64,000 nt of DNA from an uncultured Verrucomicrobiae bacterium (GCA_963827205.1 CAWHAH010000002.1:263711-327710); one strand, 5' to 3'; counted from the stretch's first letter, positions 39,057-47,043 are shown. Notes: a model not told the origin generated them from the sequence alone. Translations and numbers: made by a program.

Positions 39057-40250
39057 GTGTCGAAAAAAGCGCCAGCCAAGCCAAAACCCCTTTATCGCCG
39101 CCCTGCCCCGAAACCACCACGGAGCGCGGACAGTTTGTCCGCGAGAACCAAGGCCCTCAACTTGCGGGCTGGCAGCCCGCGCTCCAATGATTTGCCCCAC
39201 GCCCATCCGCTTCCACCGTCCCATTTCACCCTGCGCGAAGACGGCAGCGTCGTCCCGACGCCAGAAGTCAGAAGTCAGAAATCAGAAGTCAGCCCTCCGA
39301 CCTCCGACCTCCGACCTCTGACCTCTGTCCTGCCGCGCCTTGCTTTTTCCGACCCTGCACGCGGCATCTGGCTCTACCACGGCAACTGCCTCGAACTGCT
39401 CGACGCTATCGCCGCCAAATATCCCGATGGCCGCTTCGACGCCATCTTCGCCGACCCGCCTTATTTCCTGCCTGCCGGGCCGTAGCTCCTGAGCGAAGGC
39501 CGGTCCAACGGTGGCATCACCTGCCATGCCGGCAAAATGGTCAAGGTGGACAAGGGCGACTGGGACGTCTCGCGCGGACCGGAACTGAACCACGAATTCA
39601 ACACCGAATGGCTGCGTCGCTGTCAGCGCGTGCTCAAGCCGAACAGCACGATTTGGGTGACCGGCACGCACCACGTCATATTCAGCATCGGCTACGCCCT
39701 GCAACAACTCGGGTACAAGATTCTGAACGACATCGCCTGGGAAAAGCCCAATCCGCCCCCGAACCTGAGCTGCCGTTATTTCACCCACTCGACGGAGACC
39801 GTCCTCTGGGCCGCGAAGAACGAGAAAAGCAAACACGTCTTCAATTATCAGGAAATGCGGAAGGTCACCGGCAAACAGATGAAAACCGTCTGGCGGAAAA
39901 ACGAATTTGAACCGCAAAGAGCACAAAGAACACAAAGTGAAAATGAAATCTCTGCGCTCTCTGCGTTCTCTGCGGTTGATTCAAGCATCTGGACGTTGGG
40001 TGCGCCGGGGAGTGACGAGAAAACCCACGGCAAACATCCTACCCAAAAACCCGTGGCCCTCGTGGAACGCTGCCTGTTGGCCTCGACGAACGAAGGGGAC
40101 CTGGTGCTGGACCCGTTTCTGGGCAACGGCACCACGGCCGTTGCGGCCATCCGATTGAAACGCGGCTGCGTCGGCATCGAACTCGATTTGCGTCACGTCG
40201 AAATCGCGGCCCGCCGGGCCAACCGCGAAATCATTGAAATCTGGCTCCGC
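39057..40250 (+). pseudogene. Beta-class N6A/N4C DNA methyltransferase (DpnA / M.MboI-B-like), interrupted by an in-frame TAG on a REP insertion
   Basis: ORFs 39057..39485 and 39537..40670 share a frame. Motif IV FADPPYF is followed by the insert LPAGP*LLSEGR, then SNGGITCHAGKMVKVDKGDWD, NLSCRYFTHSTETVLWA, GKHPTQKP and motif I LDPFLGNGTT. Further in-frame repeats lie at 39121..39145, 39258..39325 and 39905..39975. The 3' end is approximate. Confidence 0.85.
39468..39506. repeat. CCGGGCCGTAGC...GAAGGCCGG hairpin REP carrying the TAG that splits the MTase
   Basis: Same family as 34155..34195 and 38866..38905 (LPGRSFGAKAGH-type translation). TAG at 39483..39485. Confidence 0.75.
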
Positions 40251-40433
40251 CACTTCCGCGTCCGAATCGAAGTCAGTGTTTGCGGTGGGGCGCCCGTCCT
40301 CCGCAGTAGCTCCGCTACGGAGGGTGGAAGCGTCCCCGCGAGCCGCCTTAGTTCTTGTCACCCGTCACCTGTCACGCGTCACCCTCAGAATGATCTTGAT
40401 CTGGATTCCGATTCGATCAATGGATCACGCGAC

Positions 40434-40670
40434 ATGGCCGACGTGCCCGAATTCCCGACCGAACGCATTTTTCATGAGACGAAATTCGTTTTTCTGTCCT
40501 GCGGCGCTGGCTTGCCGCGTCGGAGTGAAACGGAGACGGGTGCAGTCGTCCACACGACGGTGGACGTGAGCTTGCAGGAAGGGTGGGCAAAAACGCCGAA
40601 CGGCAAGAAACGTGAGACGACGCACGTTGTCCGCTGCGAGACGGAAATTCTACGGGTCAAACCAAGCTGA
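40434..40670 (+). CDS. Doubtful small ORF downstream of the MTase
   Basis: ATG at 40434 in the MTase frame, 78 aa. Partly overlaps repeat-like sequence (LPRRSETE). No family recognised. Confidence 0.2.
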   Translation: MADVPEFPTERIFHETKFVFLSCGAGLPRRSETETGAVVHTTVDVSLQEGWAKTPNGKKRETTHVVRCETEILRVKPS

Positions 40671-40716
40671 TCCTTAGCCGCCAGCGACGTAAAGTCGCTG
40701 GCGGTTGGCGATCCCT

Positions 40717-41901
40717 TTAAGCGACTGCGAGCTTGGAGAATTTCTTATACATCTCGGCGACTTGCTGGACCTGAGAGTAACACGCCTTGGTCTTACCCAT
40801 CACGTCCGGCTTCGACTTGGCGATCTCCATGTAGGCGGTCTTGGCAGCTGCGATCAACTCAGTCTCGATGGGCGGTGCTTTGATGCGCCACCCTTGCTTC
40901 GTCCTTACCGCGAATTCAGATAAGGCTGCAAGGACTGGGAAGACCAAGCCGTCGGGCACTTCAACAATACTTCTGCCTTCCCGTTCGATGCAGCGCAGTC
41001 CGCAGCCTTCGAACTCCGGATGCGCCTTCCAAGTTTCGTAAAGGTCGAATGCCTGCCCGACTACGTCCAAGTAGAACTGATACACAGCTTTGAATTTATC
41101 ATGGTCTTCGTCGGTTTTGGCTTTCGCTTTCCGGTAGATCGTGTCGAAGTCCTTAAGGCACGTTGCCTTTGAGTTGTACGTGTAGGCCCTGTTGATCTCG
41201 GTCGATTTGAACCAAAGCTCATCGGGCAGCAGAGCCGCGATCACTTGAAGGAGCTTCTCAGTTTGAACAATGTTTGTGTCCTCCGCAGGCCACTCAGATT
41301 CGGATTTCTGCAGGCGCAGCCGCGGATGCGTTACCATGAAGTTTTTTTCCAATTCATCGAGCTCGCCTCTTGTCCCGACAATTGACAAACTTCTTACGGC
41401 GTTTTGGAAGTTTCGCGCGATTGTGATTTCGGCAATCAGATCCTCGTCGTCCGTGATGATCAGTTCGAACTTCACGGATATGTCGTCACCGAGTTGGCCG
41501 GCGTCGAACATATCCTGTAACACGCCTTGAGTTTGCGAGCCATTGAGGATGCTCGCCTTTTTGAGCTTGAGGACCTTCTCCTTTTCATCCACCTCGGAGT
41601 CACGAGCCACGACCACGACCCCGCCGTTCAGAATGCAGAACAAGTCTGGCCTGTTTTCGAGTGTGTCCTTGATCGCCCGGTGAACTGATGTCGGTGTCTT
41701 GCGTTGCTTCCCCTCCGCATCGACAAGGTAGTCGCGAACATTCTCGTCGGTCGGGAGATTGAGGATGGCCTTTGCAGGCATGTGTCCCGCAAACACTTTG
41801 CGGCCCGCTACTACGTCTTCGGGGCTGCTGATGTTGCGGAGTGAGTGGAAGGGAACTACTAAGTTGCGGTTTTTGGCCGCGCTGTTATGAACGTTGCTCA
41901 T
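40717..41901 (-). CDS. AIPR-like (abortive infection phage resistance family) protein
   Basis: ATG at 41901 (GTG at 41955 is possible). FCILNGGVVVVA ... ASILNGSQTQGVL matches the NNGITI ... IVNGxQT pattern I recall for Pfam AIPR. GC is lower than in the flanks. Diverges from the dpnI-like gene. Confidence 0.65.
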   Translation of the reverse strand: MSNVHNSAAKNRNLVVPFHSLRNISSPEDVVAGRKVFAGHMPAKAILNLPTDENVRDYLVDAEGKQRKTPTSVHRAIKDTLENRPDLFCILNGGVVVVARDSEVDEKEKVLKLKKASILNGSQTQGVLQDMFDAGQLGDDISVKFELIITDDEDLIAEITIARNFQNAVRSLSIVGTRGELDELEKNFMVTHPRLRLQKSESEWPAEDTNIVQTEKLLQVIAALLPDELWFKSTEINRAYTYNSKATCLKDFDTIYRKAKAKTDEDHDKFKAVYQFYLDVVGQAFDLYETWKAHPEFEGCGLRCIEREGRSIVEVPDGLVFPVLAALSEFAVRTKQGWRIKAPPIETELIAAAKTAYMEIAKSKPDVMGKTKACYSQVQQVAEMYKKFSKLAVA

Positions 41902-42032
41902 ATGTTTTCTGTACGACCACCCGTTGGTTTTGCCTTCCGCCACTGGCAGAGGCACGGATGTAATCGACAGACGAATAGATACGTGATTTCAGCAACGCCG
42001 TCAAGCCCGTTTGGGGGTTGATTCAGATTGAA

Positions 42033-42062
42033 GCGGCAGATCGGTGGTGATCTAATCGCCGC
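42033..42062 (+). promoter_or_regulatory. Imperfect palindrome with two GATC sites just upstream of the dpnI-like start
   Basis: GCGGCAGATCGGTGGTGATCTAATCGCCGC. GATC at 42039..42042 and 42049..42052, 13-26 nt before the ATG at 42065. Confidence 0.3.
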
Positions 42063-42064
42063 CG

Positions 42065-42958
42065 ATGAACCTTTCCATGACCGGCGAATTGGCTACGGCT
42101 TACCACAGCGGTGCACAGCGCGCCCGCGTCGTCACGGAATCCTGGGGCGAATCCAATCTTTACTGCCCGAACTGTTCATCCCCAAAACTGACCTGGCTGG
42201 AGCCGGGGCATCCGGCCAGTGATTATTCATGTCCGTCGTGCAGTTTCTGGTATCAGCTCAAAAGCCAGAAATCGCGCCTCGGCGACAGCATCACGGACGG
42301 CGCGTATGCGGCGATGATGAACGCCATCCGCCACGACGAAATGCCGAGTTTTTATTTCATGCAGTATGACCTCGTGACCTGGAGCGTCCGCAATCTTCTG
42401 CTCGTGCCGCATTTTGCCTTCCCGCCCTCCGCCATCATCAAGCGCAAACCACTTTCACCCACCGCCCGCCGCCACGGCTGGATTGGCTGCAATTTCGATT
42501 TGAACCGCATCCCAGCGGATGCCCGGATTGCGGTCGTACGCACGGAACGAAGTATGGCCGTTCGCGTAGCGCAGACATTCTTGTCTGCGGGTTCAGGCGA
42601 CTTTCCAGTCGCCAGACCGAAACACCGGCCAGGAATGTCCGCTGAACCGGCAGGCTCGAAAGCCTGCCCTACCATCATCGTCCCGCCGGAAGAAGTCCGC
42701 GAGCGATTCAAGCGCGTGAAGCCGCTCGGTGAAATCAAAGCCAAAGAGCGCGGCTGGACGCTGGATGTGCTGAACGCCATTCGCCACCTCGGCAAAGTGG
42801 AGTTTACCACGGCTGACGCTTACGCCTTCACCCCCGAAATGGAACAATTGCACCCCGGCAATCGTCACGTTAAAGACAAGATTCGCCAGCAATTGCAGGT
42901 CCTGCGCGACCGTAATCTACTGTTGCATGTTGGGCGTAATTGCTGGCGTCTGCCGTGA
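42065..42958 (+). CDS. DpnI/DRP-family (m6A-dependent GATC endonuclease family) protein, uninterrupted
   Basis: TAYHSGAQRARVVTESW, YCPNC, SDYSCPSC..YQLKS, SITDGAYAAMMNAIRHDEMPSFYF, IIKRKPLSPTARRHGWIGCNFDL, ERGWTLDVLNAI and KIRQQLQVLRDRNLL are collinear with my recollection of DpnI. A 108-nt REP sits in frame in the interdomain linker. Confidence 0.9.
   Translation: MNLSMTGELATAYHSGAQRARVVTESWGESNLYCPNCSSPKLTWLEPGHPASDYSCPSCSFWYQLKSQKSRLGDSITDGAYAAMMNAIRHDEMPSFYFMQYDLVTWSVRNLLLVPHFAFPPSAIIKRKPLSPTARRHGWIGCNFDLNRIPADARIAVVRTERSMAVRVAQTFLSAGSGDFPVARPKHRPGMSAEPAGSKACPTIIVPPEEVRERFKRVKPLGEIKAKERGWTLDVLNAIRHLGKVEFTTADAYAFTPEMEQLHPGNRHVKDKIRQQLQVLRDRNLLLHVGRNCWRLP
42566..42673. repeat. Modular hairpin REP translated in the DpnI-like linker
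   Basis: GTAGCGCAGACATTCTTGTCTGCGGGTT, GGCGACTTTCCAGTCGCC and GCAGGCTCGAAAGCCTGCCCTAC modules. The same modules occur intergenically at 36340..36456. Translated as VAQTFLSAGSGDFPVARPKHRPGMSAEPAGSKACPT. Confidence 0.8.
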
Positions 42959-43031
42959 TTAAGCAAACAGAGTAATTTTCCTCGACGAGCAGCCACCACG
43001 CGGGTTTGATTTGGGTCGATTTTCCTGTTGC

Positions 43032-43886
43032 ATGAAACGCTGTTCATACTGCGGAAAGGAGTATTCCGACGAAGCCACGCTATGCTCCGTTGATCACGAA
43101 CCCCTTGTGGAAATTGGTCCGCATCCGCCGCTTCCCGAGGAGCAAATAGAAACAACAGTTAGAGACACACTTTATCTGACCTTTCCCGATTATCAATGGT
43201 CCGCGCGTGATGCCTGGAAATGTGTGGCCTTCCTCGTGTTCTTCGGACTCGTGCTCTGGTTTGGGGTTAATATTTTAATTTGGCTGCTGGTTCCTCCGTT
43301 TCGCGCGTGGTATGCCAGCGGGGCCGGCTTTTTTTCCCGGTCGCTATTGCGTTATGCCATCGAGTTGTTGATTGCGGCCTATTTTGCCCGCACCGAAACG
43401 CTCGCCGCTTTCTGGCAAGGGTTTAGTCTGAAGATCAAGCCTACCGAGTTGGTCTGGTCTGGTATTGTGTGCGCCCTGGCTATCCGATTTTTCGGCCACA
43501 TTATGAGCGTGCATGGCTGGTCACATGGTGTTCCATTTTACGATTTGAAAGCCTTCCAAGAGGCCGCCGGCCCGGAAAGATACTTCTACCTGGGTCCGTT
43601 GTTGTTGCTGGCGCCCCTGTTTGAAGAATCCATCTACCGGGGCTTTCTCTACAAGGCCTTTCGCGGGTCGTACTCGATGGCCACCAGCACGGCCCTGATC
43701 GTGGTTTGGACGACCTACACGCACTGGTTGTATTACTCCCATTCCTGGGCGGCGGCGGTAGATTTGAGCCTGCTCACCGTGGTCCAATGTTATCTGCGTG
43801 AAAAATCCGCCAGCTTGTGGGACTGCATTTTCTGCCATTTCGCCTTCAATTTCTCGTTGTTATTTGTTGGCGATCCGCTCCGTTGA
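43032..43886 (+). CDS. CPBP (CAAX/Abi) family intramembrane metalloprotease with N-terminal zinc ribbon
   Basis: ATG at 43032. CSYCGKEY..CSVDH, motif 1 EESIYRGFLY, motif FCHFAFN, multiple TM segments. Lower GC. Confidence 0.83.
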   Translation: MKRCSYCGKEYSDEATLCSVDHEPLVEIGPHPPLPEEQIETTVRDTLYLTFPDYQWSARDAWKCVAFLVFFGLVLWFGVNILIWLLVPPFRAWYASGAGFFSRSLLRYAIELLIAAYFARTETLAAFWQGFSLKIKPTELVWSGIVCALAIRFFGHIMSVHGWSHGVPFYDLKAFQEAAGPERYFYLGPLLLLAPLFEESIYRGFLYKAFRGSYSMATSTALIVVWTTYTHWLYYSHSWAAAVDLSLLTVVQCYLREKSASLWDCIFCHFAFNFSLLFVGDPLR

Positions 43887-43977
43887 TTTCCCCGGTCACC
43901 TTGCCGGCGACGGGCTGAGCGACATAATCCCGTTGGGATGTTTTCCCCATCGTGTCCATCCTGTGAATCCTGTCTGA

Positions 43978-44364
43978 TCACTTCGCCAGCGGCGGGGCAG
44001 TCAGCCGCATTTGCTGCAACATTTGCTTCTGTTGAGCCTTCGGCTTGCCATTCATGGCGGCCAGCACGTCCAGCAACAATTTTTGCTGTTCCTGATACGC
44101 CTTGGACAGTTCGGCCCGGCACTCACCCGGATTTGAGTTGGTGCCACAGGCGTCCCAATGCGCGCGATACCAGTCGGAAAGCATGGCAAGCTGACTGGCC
44201 ACTTCCTTTTCCATCGGCGTGCAGGCGGTAATCTCGACAGAACCGCCAACAATCCCGGTCGCCGCGTTTCCGTCGGCGGAGAGCATGGTTTTGGTCGTGC
44301 AGCAGCCGGCCAGAAGCAGGGACAACATCAAAACGGCGGTCGCGATTGGATGTGGTCTTTTCAT
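43978..44364 (-). CDS. Hypothetical lipoprotein
   Basis: MKRPHPIATAVLMLSLLLAGCC lipobox. 128 aa. Confidence 0.6.
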   Translation of the reverse strand: MKRPHPIATAVLMLSLLLAGCCTTKTMLSADGNAATGIVGGSVEITACTPMEKEVASQLAMLSDWYRAHWDACGTNSNPGECRAELSKAYQEQQKLLLDVLAAMNGKPKAQQKQMLQQMRLTAPPLAK

Positions 44365-44404
44365 AAATTCAGATGTTTAGCGTTGTGGGGTTTGGGTCTG
44401 TTCA

Positions 44405-44722
44405 ACGGCAGGGATGACCTGCTGGTCGTCCGAGGCCGCGCGGCAGCACGGCCCTACCAACAACAGATCGAACTGACCCACTATTTTCATTTTGGAGTTT
44501 GAATCAATTTGACGGTAGGGACGACCTGCTGGTTGTCCGAGGCCGCGCGGCAGCGCGGCCCTACCAACAACAGATCGAACTGACTCACTATTTTCATTTT
44601 GGAGTTTGAATCAGTTTGACGGTAGGGACGACCTGCTGGTTGTTCGCAGCCGCGCGGCAGCACGGCCCTACCAACAACAGATCGAACTGGCTCACCATTT
44701 TCATTTTGGATTTGAAATGAAG
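44405..44722. repeat. Three tandem copies of a 107-bp unit (hairpin REP plus constant 51-nt spacer)
   Basis: GACCTGCTGG recurs at 44416, 44523 and 44630 (period 107). Each unit holds GGTAGGGAC..GGACGACCTGCTGGT.GTCC..GCCGCGCGGCAGC.CGGCCCTACC followed by AACAACAGATCGAACTGA.TCAC.ATTTTCATTTTGGA. Confidence 0.9.
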
Positions 44723-44850
44723 ACCCGCGCGCCAGAAGAGCGGTTCGATGCTTGAATGGCGCGCGGGTGAGGTGCAGCTTGCTGCCTGCTCGCGATTCAT
44801 CGGAGTCGCAGCAAGCCTCGGCGCGGGAAAGGTACCGCGCCTCACCAAGT

Positions 44851-45567
44851 TCAGGCCGCTTGCTTGATTTCACCCGCCGACTGCGGCGCGGGTGTCGGCG
44901 CCGGCGTCACCTTGGCTTTACCCGCGGACTCCACAATCAGCCGCGCATTACGGTAATCGGTCACAAAGACGGGATTGGCGGATTTGAATTGCAGTACCAG
45001 GGTGTCCATCTGGTCGGTCAGGACGGCGTCGGCGGCAGCGAATTCGTCGGCCAGTTGGCTGGTGGCGGTGGCCCCGGAGGCGCGCGCGTCGCGCGGCCTG
45101 GCGATGCTGGCCACGTAGGCGTCAATCGCGGCCTTGAGCGAGTCGAGCTTGGCGGTCGTGACGCCATAAGGCCCCAGATTGGCGAGGTTGGCGGTGGCGG
45201 CAGCGTGAACACTGCGCGCCGTATCACCGGCGGCGGTGTCGCGTCCACCGAGGATGCTGGAACGGTTCACGTTCACCTTGGCCGCAAGGTCGTTGTTCCG
45301 GGCCTTCCGGGCGCAGGCATAGACCGCGTTGGCAACCTCGACGGTTAAATCCGCCATCTCTTCGCGGAGCTTTTGTTTGTCCGCAGAAAGGCCCGTGGAA
45401 TCGGCGGCCTGGCTCTGTGCGATGTTCTGGATGTTTTGGACATGCGTGCCGAAATCAGCGTACGCGTCCCCGAATGCCTGCAATGCTTGCCAGGTGGAAT
45501 TGTTGCGGTCGCAAACGGCCTTGACCGCAAGGTACATGGACAACTTGTTTTCTTGTTTCGCATTCAT
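44851..45567 (-). CDS. Conserved hypothetical protein (helical, unknown function)
   Basis: 238-aa ORF MNAKQENKLSMYLAVKAV.... It resembles an uncharacterised family I recall from Bacteroidota and PVC genomes. No function known to me. Confidence 0.68.
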   Translation of the reverse strand: MNAKQENKLSMYLAVKAVCDRNNSTWQALQAFGDAYADFGTHVQNIQNIAQSQAADSTGLSADKQKLREEMADLTVEVANAVYACARKARNNDLAAKVNVNRSSILGGRDTAAGDTARSVHAAATANLANLGPYGVTTAKLDSLKAAIDAYVASIARPRDARASGATATSQLADEFAAADAVLTDQMDTLVLQFKSANPVFVTDYRNARLIVESAGKAKVTPAPTPAPQSAGEIKQAA

Positions 45568-45984
45568 AGTGTGAAAAGTGCGGCTCGGCCATTAGCCAAA
45601 TGCGTGCCAATGTTGTTAAAGCGTTAGAAATGCTTTACCTTGGCGGCGCCCAAATCGGTTAAGTAATTGTCAGACAGGCAAAAATAATTGGCGGGTTGAG
45701 TGTGAAAGCCAGGAGCTACGCCAATGCCGGTGTCCAATAAGTCACGACGGCTGAAAGAAGCTGGACAACGAGCGTAAGATATTCCGTGACGCCTGACGGA
45801 TGCGCTTGGTTCGCCCATAGATGCGCCATGATGACTGGCAGTCCGTCCAAGTCCGCCGCCAGACACGCCACGGCGGGTGACAGTGACAATAAATCAAGAG
45901 GACGCGACGCCATGACGATTACCAGACGGGCCATGACACCCGACAGCCGCATCGAATCGGGTGGAAGACTGTCCAAACTGATCC

Positions 45985-46255
45985 CTCTCCGCTTCCGTCT
46001 TCATCTGACTCCCGCCGTCGCCGTGCTTCCGTCTTCACTGAGTTACGCCGCGGCAAGTCGCGTGACAAGTCGGCGCGGCAAGTTGGCGCGGCAAGTTCGG
46101 AACGCGGCAAGGCGGGTTCGGGGAGCGCGACCGTCGCGGTCGCCGTTTGCAACGTCCCGTTGCAAACATTCTCCGGAGCGTCCGGCGCGACGCCGAACGC
46201 AGCGCGCGGGACCGGACTTCGCTCGGAAGCTACGACCCGGCAGGCGCACGCGCTC
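45985..46255. repeat. ~250-bp composite REP cluster, copy 1
   Basis: Shares GCGACCGTCGCGGTCGC, GCAACGTCCCGTTGC, GCGTCCGGCGCGACGC and CCGGACTTCGCTCGGAAGCTACGACCCGGCAGGCGCACGCGCTCCCC modules with 49433..49715, 50615..50860 and 50965..51175. Confidence 0.75.
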
Positions 46256-46455
46256 CCCTTCCGCCATGACGAAATGCCGAGTTTATATTTCATGCACCCG
46301 CCTTCGTTGCACTACGGCGCGGCAAGCTACTTCATTGTCAAACCGCCTGTCGCGACGAAGCCTTGGCGTAGGCGGATGCCCCAGCTTCGCCTTCCCGCCC
46401 TCCGCCATCATCAGACGCAAGCCGCTTTCATCCACCGCGCGCCGTGCCGGTTGAA
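46255..46455 (+). pseudogene. dpnI-like fragment (about aa 88-98 and 115-137)
   Basis: RHDEMPSLYFM, then a REP, then in another frame FAFPPSAIIRRKPLSSTARRAG. The homology stops at the junction with the toxin gene. Confidence 0.7.
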
Positions 46456-46843
46456 TGAGTCTGGTTGCCGCCGACCAAAGGATGATGCCGATGGAGCCGT
46501 GGGTTTCGATGCCGAGAGATTCAGCCATCAGCCGTGCGCCCGCGTCGTCGGTGAGAAACCAATCAGGTTTTGTTTCCAGCGCAAGGGCGAGAGCCTGGGC
46601 TTCGCCACCTTGCAACAATCCGGCGTGCTGCCATTCGGTGGCGCGCTGCCCGGCGGCGGGCGACAGGGTTTGATTGTTGGCCCAGCGGGGAAGTTGTCCC
46701 GGCCAGAGCGCGGGTGCGTGGACGCGGAGTTCGGCCAGGACGAGTGGTGCGAGCAGGACTTCGCCGATGAACTGGAACAGATGAAGCGCGCCGGCTTCGT
46801 GCAAATGCAAAATCGGGCCGGTGTCGGCGACGAGGCGTTTCAT
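46455..46843 (-). pseudogene. DUF3368-type PIN-like toxin, C-terminally truncated
   Basis: MKRLVADTGPILHLHEAG...GEAQALALALE...FLTDDAGARLMAESLGIETHGSIGIIL. The expected last ~30 aa are replaced by antisense dpnI-fragment sequence (ORF runs on to 46283). Confidence 0.62.
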
Positions 46844-47043
46844 TTGCCGCCGGATTTTTCGCGCAACGCCCAGGCAACATCGTCCAACTGCTGCCGTTCC
46901 ATCAGTTCAAAGCGGCGGCGGGAGATGAATTCGCGCAGCGCCACGCGCACGACTTCGGCGGTGTTTTCGAACACGCCGGTTTTCACGGCTTGTTCGACTT
47001 CACGCGCCATCTGGTCGGGCAATTCGACTTGCAGCGTTTTCAT
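46840..47043 (-). CDS. UPF0175-family antitoxin-like protein
   Basis: ATG at 47043. MKTLQVELPDQMAREVEQAVKTGVFENTAEVVRVALREFI. Its stop overlaps the toxin ATG (ATGA at 46840..46843). Confidence 0.7.
   Translation of the reverse strand: MKTLQVELPDQMAREVEQAVKTGVFENTAEVVRVALREFISRRRFELMERQQLDDVAWALREKSGGK

Noticed and set aside
39483-39485. Programmed stop-codon readthrough or recoding of the MTase TAG
   Set aside because: Nothing in the sequence supports it: no recoding signals that I can recognise. The stop is carried by a common mobile hairpin, so simple inactivation is the more economical explanation. It remains testable.
44405-44722. Possible CRISPR array
   Set aside because: The whole 107-bp unit repeats, so there are no unique spacers. 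There are only three units and no cas genes in the window.
45716-45976. 86-aa minus-strand ORF with hydrophobic stretches (possible membrane-protein remnant)
   Set aside because: No recognisable motif, no convincing start context, and it sits in a repeat-flanked gap. It is left unannotated.
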